Source: Minisyncoccia bacterium (lineage in GTDB: Bacteria; Patescibacteriota; Minisyncoccia; Phycocordibacterales; CALRBL01). From it: a stretch of DNA of 64,000 nucleotides. Made by a program: the position numbers and the translations under genes. The DNA is taken from NCBI GenBank assembly GCA_038230075.1, contig JBBRNV010000001.1, positions 114,667-178,666 on the forward strand, read 5' to 3'. The notes beneath the pieces were generated by a model that was not told the origin of the DNA, made no database searches, and was given only the letters and a program-made list of their open reading frames with translations. Below, one piece after another: positions 58,670 through 64,000 of this stretch. The stretch's first letter is position 1. Each line of letters opens with the position of its first letter.

Positions 58670-59635
58670 TCAGAGAACGTATCGAACGAAGACAAAACTG
58701 AGTATAAAAATAGTCAAAATAAGGAGTAAATATTCGAGCACATTTTGATACACAAATGTCATCAAAAGTGACCACTTCGAAAGAGGGGTTGACTGATAAA
58801 GAAATTTATATTGCATTGTACTTGTAGGAGTGATGATCATTGTTCCAGTTTGTGTACTTCGTAGGCTAGAAGTTGAGTTTCTTAAATTTAAATCGAAAAA
58901 TGACGTGTCAACACCAAATCCATTTTGATCTATAGTATTAAATGTTTTATCTTGACTCGATATTGAGATATTTGAACTAGAAGTAGACGTATCAGTATTT
59001 TGTTTCATAATTTTACTCACAAAAACTGATGCATATGAACCCCAAGAATATTTTCCTGTAGATGGATCTTTTACAAACAATGAGTAAAAGTAGCGAATTC
59101 CATTTTCGACATCAGTATCAAAAAATGTTGTCCCCCTTCCTTCATATACAACAATTCCTTCATCAAGAGGACCTGTAGGGAACCCTGTCGTACTTCGAAG
59201 TATTCGAACAAATGGATTTGGCTGAAGAAATGAAGGTACGAGAGGATACTCATTCAACCTTGGAGGTGTCCACAACAAAAGAACATTGCCGAAAAAGTTA
59301 TATGCATAGAAATCTTTTGCCATGTTTAAACTTTGTCGTATCTGTTCCTCACTTCCTCTTGAAGTTCCTCCTATGGGTGCAGATTGAATAGGTGCTTCAG
59401 GAATTATAGAAGGAGTAGAAGTAGAACTTGTTGCAACAGCTTCGCAATCTGATGGACACGAATCGAATACTTCTCCAGCATCACACATGAGATCGTAATT
59501 ACATTGAACAACATTCAACTGCACATTTATTGAGTTAATATTTCTTGCTTGTGCCGAAACTTGCATTGGTGAATGAAGAAAAAGTAAAAAAAATCCTATT
59601 GTAGTGATTAAAATTGTAGAAAATATTCTACTCAT
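58670..59635 (-). CDS. Secreted protein with C-terminal TM anchor, unknown function
   Basis: Signal peptide, Cys cluster (CNYDLMCDAGEVFDSCPSDCE), Ser/Thr-rich region, C-terminal hydrophobic anchor. Confidence 0.6.
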   Translation of the reverse strand: MSRIFSTILITTIGFFLLFLHSPMQVSAQARNINSINVQLNVVQCNYDLMCDAGEVFDSCPSDCEAVATSSTSTPSIIPEAPIQSAPIGGTSRGSEEQIRQSLNMAKDFYAYNFFGNVLLLWTPPRLNEYPLVPSFLQPNPFVRILRSTTGFPTGPLDEGIVVYEGRGTTFFDTDVENGIRYFYSLFVKDPSTGKYSWGSYASVFVSKIMKQNTDTSTSSSNISISSQDKTFNTIDQNGFGVDTSFFDLNLRNSTSSLRSTQTGTMIITPTSTMQYKFLYQSTPLSKWSLLMTFVYQNVLEYLLLILTIFILSFVFVRYVL

Positions 59636-60390
59636 GGAGCAATTGCAGTTACAATAACTGTTGCCTGATAATTTGCCGCATCCTGAATTTTTGAACTTCC
59701 AACTCCTGCAACAAAACGAACGGTTGTAGTTGCTCCAATAGGATAATTGGCAGCAACAACCGAACTAATCAGTCTATCAGTGGTACTTAATCCATCATAA
59801 CAAGTGTTGGTATTATTTCCTGACCCTGTATTACATGCAGATCCGTTATCTTTATATCTTGAAACGATATCATTTCCTTCGGGTGAAAAACCGAATGTCG
59901 AAGATGCGGCACCAACAGTAAATGCGTAGTCGGGCGAAGCGCCTGTCGGAACATAATCAGCAAAACTAGAATTTGTCGTAGTTGCCTTAAGTGATGGAGA
60001 CGAAGTTGAACGAATATACAACGAATATCCTACTGGATCATTTGTTGAAACATTCCACGAAGCGGTTCCTGATGCTTGGTTTGCTCCAATACCACTAATC
60101 GATGAGAGAGTAAGGTTTGGGGCCACGGAAATTGCAATAAAATAAGTATCGTTCTGCTGATATCCGGCACTAATTGAATAATTGGTACTTGAAGAATCAC
60201 CAGTCGAAAGCTCTCCTAGCGTATCTTCGGTTCCGTAATTTGTACTTGAAGAAATGACTCCTCCTGAGTTTATTGAATCGAAGTTAATACTATAATTTGA
60301 GCTTTGCATTACCTGCGCATACGAAGCGTACATCGTTGAAAGATATACCGTAGCACACATTATACATATTGCTTGGATAAGAAACTTCAT
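59632..60390 (-). CDS. Small secreted beta-rich protein, paralog B (SCPU-pilin-like / WxL-like)
   Basis: Signal peptide, S/T/A/N-rich, an internal Cys pair, an ASWNV motif and the C-terminus ...NYQATVIVTAIAP. Paralogous to 61472..62131. Confidence 0.65.
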   Translation of the reverse strand: MKFLIQAICIMCATVYLSTMYASYAQVMQSSNYSINFDSINSGGVISSSTNYGTEDTLGELSTGDSSSTNYSISAGYQQNDTYFIAISVAPNLTLSSISGIGANQASGTASWNVSTNDPVGYSLYIRSTSSPSLKATTTNSSFADYVPTGASPDYAFTVGAASSTFGFSPEGNDIVSRYKDNGSACNTGSGNNTNTCYDGLSTTDRLISSVVAANYPIGATTTVRFVAGVGSSKIQDAANYQATVIVTAIAP

Positions 60391-60406
60391 TTTTTAATTG
60401 TGTAAA

Positions 60407-61384
60407 TTACTTTCGTCTGATGTCAAAGTTTCTGAAAACGTATCTAAATATAACCAACATGAGAATGATCAGAATAAATATCGCGAGCAAGATTTTCCAT
60501 GGAATAACAACAAAGGTAATTGTTTTTGAATCAATTTCATCTTTATGACCTGGGTTATTATATGCTTTATGTAATTCTAAATGAGCTCGATAAATACCGA
60601 AGAGCCCTGATCCATCAATGTTTACTTGCCGATATCGTTTTGATTGAGGAAGAGAATAGTATGCATCAATAGGAGCACTTGCTACCGTTTTACCAAAAAT
60701 ATTGTTAACGGTTACTTGTCCGTATGGTGCGAGGTGTACATTTCCTGTGTTTGAAAACATTGTTTCAAAGCCGAAAGTTCCTGGTTCGTAAATAAAATGA
60801 TGTGGAGTGATTCTAAAGTCTTCTACCTTTCCTTCTTCTTTTGCTTCTCCGTTAACTCGAATAAAAAGAAGTGAGCCTGCACGGGAAACCGCATGAGTCG
60901 TTGCCCCTTCACTTCCACCCTTCGCTTGCCCTATCTCATTTGAAACAATAATAGAAGTGTAAAAACCACCAGGTGCCGCGTCTGCAGGAACTTTAATCGT
61001 TACGGGAATAGTTATTCTCTCACCAAATTTTAAATTAAATTGAGTAACTTCAGGAATGATACTGTCTCGAATTGAAAGAGGGTTTTTATCTGCTCCCATC
61101 AGTTGAATAGGGTTATCAATTTGATCAGTACCACCAAAGTCTTCAAGGTCAATTTTAAAGGTCGTAGGCTCTGTCACACGGCTTGTGACAGTTATTTCTT
61201 TAGTAACAGTCTCTCCTGGGTTAATAAAGATTTCTTGTCGAGCAGGACCAACCACAAAGTCTTGTAAAGGGTCTACTTTTCCCATATTAAAAATAGTAAC
61301 TGCTTGAGTAAATTGAGGAATCAAAAACGCACCAAGTAGTAATAGAGAAATGCGCCTTGATGCGCCGTAGCCAATTGATTTCAT
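60407..61384 (-). CDS. Secreted Ig/beta-sandwich-like protein with C-terminal TM anchor and basic tail
   Basis: Signal peptide, beta-rich ectodomain, C-terminal TM (ILLAIFILIILMLVIF) plus RYVFRNFDIRRK. The layout recalls the DUF916-type partners of WxL proteins. Confidence 0.65.
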   Translation of the reverse strand: MKSIGYGASRRISLLLLGAFLIPQFTQAVTIFNMGKVDPLQDFVVGPARQEIFINPGETVTKEITVTSRVTEPTTFKIDLEDFGGTDQIDNPIQLMGADKNPLSIRDSIIPEVTQFNLKFGERITIPVTIKVPADAAPGGFYTSIIVSNEIGQAKGGSEGATTHAVSRAGSLLFIRVNGEAKEEGKVEDFRITPHHFIYEPGTFGFETMFSNTGNVHLAPYGQVTVNNIFGKTVASAPIDAYYSLPQSKRYRQVNIDGSGLFGIYRAHLELHKAYNNPGHKDEIDSKTITFVVIPWKILLAIFILIILMLVIFRYVFRNFDIRRK

Positions 61385-61471
61385 ATTGCTTCAATTGTAC
61401 ATGAGTATTATTAATAAAACAAAAGATCTCCTTGTGGAGATCTTTTGTTTTATGCTTGACTAGTAGCTTTT

Positions 61472-62131
61472 TTATTGTGCGATAGCGGTAGCAGTAATTG
61501 TTGCGTTATATGTTCCTGATGGAATATAGATTCCTTTCTGCTCAACTGCGTAACAAACTGTTGCTGTTTCTCCAGCTGTTGTAGTAGTTGCCGTTGATGA
61601 GGCGATTGCTCTATCAGTAGTTTTAAAGTTTTGATATTTAAGAGTCGTACTTGGATCATTTCCGGTACCTCCTGAACACACTGCTCCGGTTCCCCATGTT
61701 GCTGTTGGAACTTTTGTTCCAAAAGCAGAGTATCCAAATACTGCAGTTCCTGCACCTGGATTCCATAATTCTGGAACATCAGTACCTCCTGGTGCATAGT
61801 TTGCAATTGATGACGTTGCGCTATTCATAGCTGGTGTAGAACTTGCCCGAACATAGAGAATGTATCCTCCTCCGGCATTTGTTCGAACTGTCCATGAAGA
61901 TGTTGCAACTGCAGTATTTGCAACCGAGTCAAGATTTCGACTCATTGTTGTATTTGTTGCTGCTGTGATTGTGATGTCTGAAAGCACTGTTAATGTAACA
62001 ACGATAGTGTTAGAAGCGCTTGTTGCTGCTGCAATTGCAGTATCGACCTGAAGAGATTGATATGCAAACGGACTAAGTATTGTTAGTACTAATGCGAAAG
62101 CAACAATTTCATAAAACTTTCTTAAATTCAT
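61472..62131 (-). CDS. Small secreted beta-rich protein, paralog A (SCPU-pilin-like / WxL-like)
   Basis: Signal peptide, an alternating hydrophobic/Thr N-terminal strand (TIVVTLTVLSDITITAAT), an SSWTV motif, a Cys pair and the C-terminus ...TYNATITATAIAQ. Confidence 0.65.
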   Translation of the reverse strand: MNLRKFYEIVAFALVLTILSPFAYQSLQVDTAIAAATSASNTIVVTLTVLSDITITAATNTTMSRNLDSVANTAVATSSWTVRTNAGGGYILYVRASSTPAMNSATSSIANYAPGGTDVPELWNPGAGTAVFGYSAFGTKVPTATWGTGAVCSGGTGNDPSTTLKYQNFKTTDRAIASSTATTTTAGETATVCYAVEQKGIYIPSGTYNATITATAIAQ

Positions 62132-62227
62132 AAATAATGATTACAGACAACTAATAATTTTTCTTAAATACTTTTACGTATGAAAATAGTATACCACTCT
62201 TTACGTTTAGAATGATTTTGAAATAAG

Positions 62228-63430
62228 CTATTCTGTGGATAACTTCTTTAAGATATCTATTGTTTTTATAATATCTTTTTTTGTTGTTTCTCTTCCCATT
62301 GAAAATCGTATTGATGAACTTGCACATTCTTTTTTTCCAATCGCTTCAAGTACATATGACGAAGAATCTTCATTCAAATTTTGACAACTACTCACCGCAG
62401 AACAAGAAACATTATGAACATCAAGAGAAATAACTAGAAATTCTGAATCTCTTCCCTTAAAACAAACATTGAGTATATTTGGTAGCATATTCGGGCCATT
62501 TTCTCCGTTTATTTCAACATGTTTGATATTTGTTTTTACTTCTTCGATAAAAAAATCTTTCAAGGTTTGCATTCGAACAGATTCGGTGCTTTTGAGAGAA
62601 ATGGCTATAGATAACGCTTCAGCAAAGCCTATAACTAAAGGAATATTCTCAGTTCCAGGTCGTAATCCTGCTTCCTGCCCACCTCCAAACAGTATTGGCT
62701 GAAGTGTGGTTGTTCGTTTTTTAAAAAGCATTCCAACACCTCTTGGGCCATACATCTTCATTCCATCAAGTGTCATAAGATCTAATCCCAAACTCTGTAC
62801 TGAAATATCGAGGTAACATGTTACCTGACTAGCATCAGTATGTAGATATGGAAAATCAGTTAGTGTTCTTTTGTGTTCGTGTTTAAAATTTCTGATAAAC
62901 TTTGCAAGTTCTTTTACAGGTTGAATTGTTCCGATTTCATTATTCGCAAGCATTATTGTCACAAGTATTGTTTCAGCGGTGAGAGCTTGGGCAACATCTT
63001 TTGCCGAAACGAATCCTTTTTCATTTGGAGCAACATGCGTTACTCGACCACCCTTCATTTCAATTTCTTTTAATACATTTCGAACTGATGAATGTTCAAT
63101 AGATGATGCAACAATGTGTGGTGTTTGTATTCCTCTTTTTTTTGCTTCTTCAAAAACTCCGAGAAGTGCAATATTATTTGCTTCTGTTCCACCTGAAGTA
63201 AAAATAATCGTATCAGGTGTTGTGTGTAAAAGATCAGCAACTTTTTTTCGAGATTGATCGAGTACAATTTTTGCCTCCACTCCTTCTTGAGAAAGCGACG
63301 AGGGATTACCAACATAATTAACTAAATAAGGCTGCATTACCTTAAAGACCCGCTTATCGAGTGGTGTGACTGAAGCGTAATCAAGATAAATCCTTTTTCT
63401 ACCAAACATAGATTGTAAGCCCTTATACAT
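62228..63430 (-). CDS. Cysteine desulfurase (class V aminotransferase, NifS/IscS-like)
   Basis: PLP-fold with SGGTEANN, the PLP-Lys region LDGMKMYGPRGVG and a C-terminal active-site Cys region. The start may be the internal Met 9. Confidence 0.85.
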   Translation of the reverse strand: MYKGLQSMFGRKRIYLDYASVTPLDKRVFKVMQPYLVNYVGNPSSLSQEGVEAKIVLDQSRKKVADLLHTTPDTIIFTSGGTEANNIALLGVFEEAKKRGIQTPHIVASSIEHSSVRNVLKEIEMKGGRVTHVAPNEKGFVSAKDVAQALTAETILVTIMLANNEIGTIQPVKELAKFIRNFKHEHKRTLTDFPYLHTDASQVTCYLDISVQSLGLDLMTLDGMKMYGPRGVGMLFKKRTTTLQPILFGGGQEAGLRPGTENIPLVIGFAEALSIAISLKSTESVRMQTLKDFFIEEVKTNIKHVEINGENGPNMLPNILNVCFKGRDSEFLVISLDVHNVSCSAVSSCQNLNEDSSSYVLEAIGKKECASSSIRFSMGRETTKKDIIKTIDILKKLSTE

Positions 63431-63538
63431 AACAATATGCTAACATATTTTAGCAATATGGCTAAAAATCAAGCTATCTTTGAGCTTTAAGCCTTGCAAA
63501 ACCTTGATTTTCGTTATATTGTGAAATTCCAACATCCT

Positions 63539-64000
63539 CATGTCTCAATCTAAAACATCACAAACAAATAGCTCAGTTCCCCGCCCACCAGTTGTCGTTA
63601 TTCTTGGTCATATCGACCACGGAAAATCAACTCTGCTCGATTACATTAGAAGCTCAAATATTGTAGACAAAGAAGTAGGAGGAATCACTCAGCGAATGTC
63701 AGCCTATGAAGTGATTCACAAGACATCAGACAATAAAGAACAAAAAATAACCTTTATCGACACACCAGGTCATGAAGCCTTTCAAGAACTTCGAGGACAA
63801 GGAGCAAAAGTGGCAGACGTTGGCGTTCTTGTCGTATCAGCTGAAGACGGAGTAAAACCTCAAACGCTTGATGCGTATAAAGCAGTGGTAGCAGCAAAAA
63901 TTCCTTTCATTGTGGCAATTAATAAAGTTGATAAACCAGCAGCAAATGTTGAAAAAACAAAACAAAGTTTGGCTGAAAGTGAAATATTAGTAGAAAGCTA
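63539..64000 (+). CDS. infB: Translation initiation factor IF-2, N-terminal part (short form starting at the G domain); 3' end outside the window
   Basis: [17 protein letters not shown]...GGITQ...DTPGHEAF...NKVDKP are the G1-G4 GTPase motifs of IF-2, beginning ~15 aa after the start. Confidence 0.85.

Noticed and set aside
61450-61806. 118-aa Gln-rich ORF in an alternative frame of paralog A
   Set aside because: Out-of-frame overlap on the same strand as a better-supported secreted-protein ORF.
1-64000. CRISPR arrays, transposases, integrases, prophage blocks
   Set aside because: No short regularly spaced direct repeats and no recombinase or transposase-like ORFs were seen. The only repeat families are the three palindromic elements and the intragenic repeats of the giant gene.

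Overview
The window is 64 kb of low-GC (roughly 35-38%), gene-dense bacterial chromosome. Almost all of it is core housekeeping, in an arrangement that fits a small-genome monoderm-like bacterium such as Patescibacteria/CPR; that placement is an inference from gene content and composition. Cell-envelope genes: mraY-ftsW-murG on the plus strand, a separate mraZ-rsmH-ftsL-ftsI cluster on the minus strand, two S11 D-Ala-D-Ala carboxypeptidases, an M23 peptidase, murB, murA (fused to an HTH), an FtsQ-like gene and ctpA. Translation genes: gltX, cysS, lysS, serS, rpmA, rplI, rplU, rpmG, infB (partial) and four tRNAs (Glu-CUC, Leu-CAA, Trp-CCA, Tyr-GUA). DNA-metabolism genes: dnaB, recR, dprA, topA, parB, rmuC and an AlkD-like gene; clpB is also present. 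No transposase, integrase or CRISPR array was seen. The accessory content is concentrated at 50.2-62.2 kb. That locus is co-directional and encodes a 2626-aa secreted repeat protein, two paralogous small secreted beta-rich proteins resembling SCPU-pilin or WxL proteins, and two proteins with a signal peptide plus a C-terminal membrane anchor. Other observations outside the standard feature types: (i) three copies of an unusual element made of a long AT-rich stem around a conserved loop, each sitting exactly at a gene 3' end; (ii) several GC-elevated islands, including a GC3-rich 106-aa gene at 13.1-13.4 kb and a ~500-nt ORF-poor segment at 10.2-10.7 kb; (iii) an XRE-HTH::MurA fusion with a palindrome in its promoter region. 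All calls come from reading the sequence and from protein-family motifs; nothing was searched against a database.
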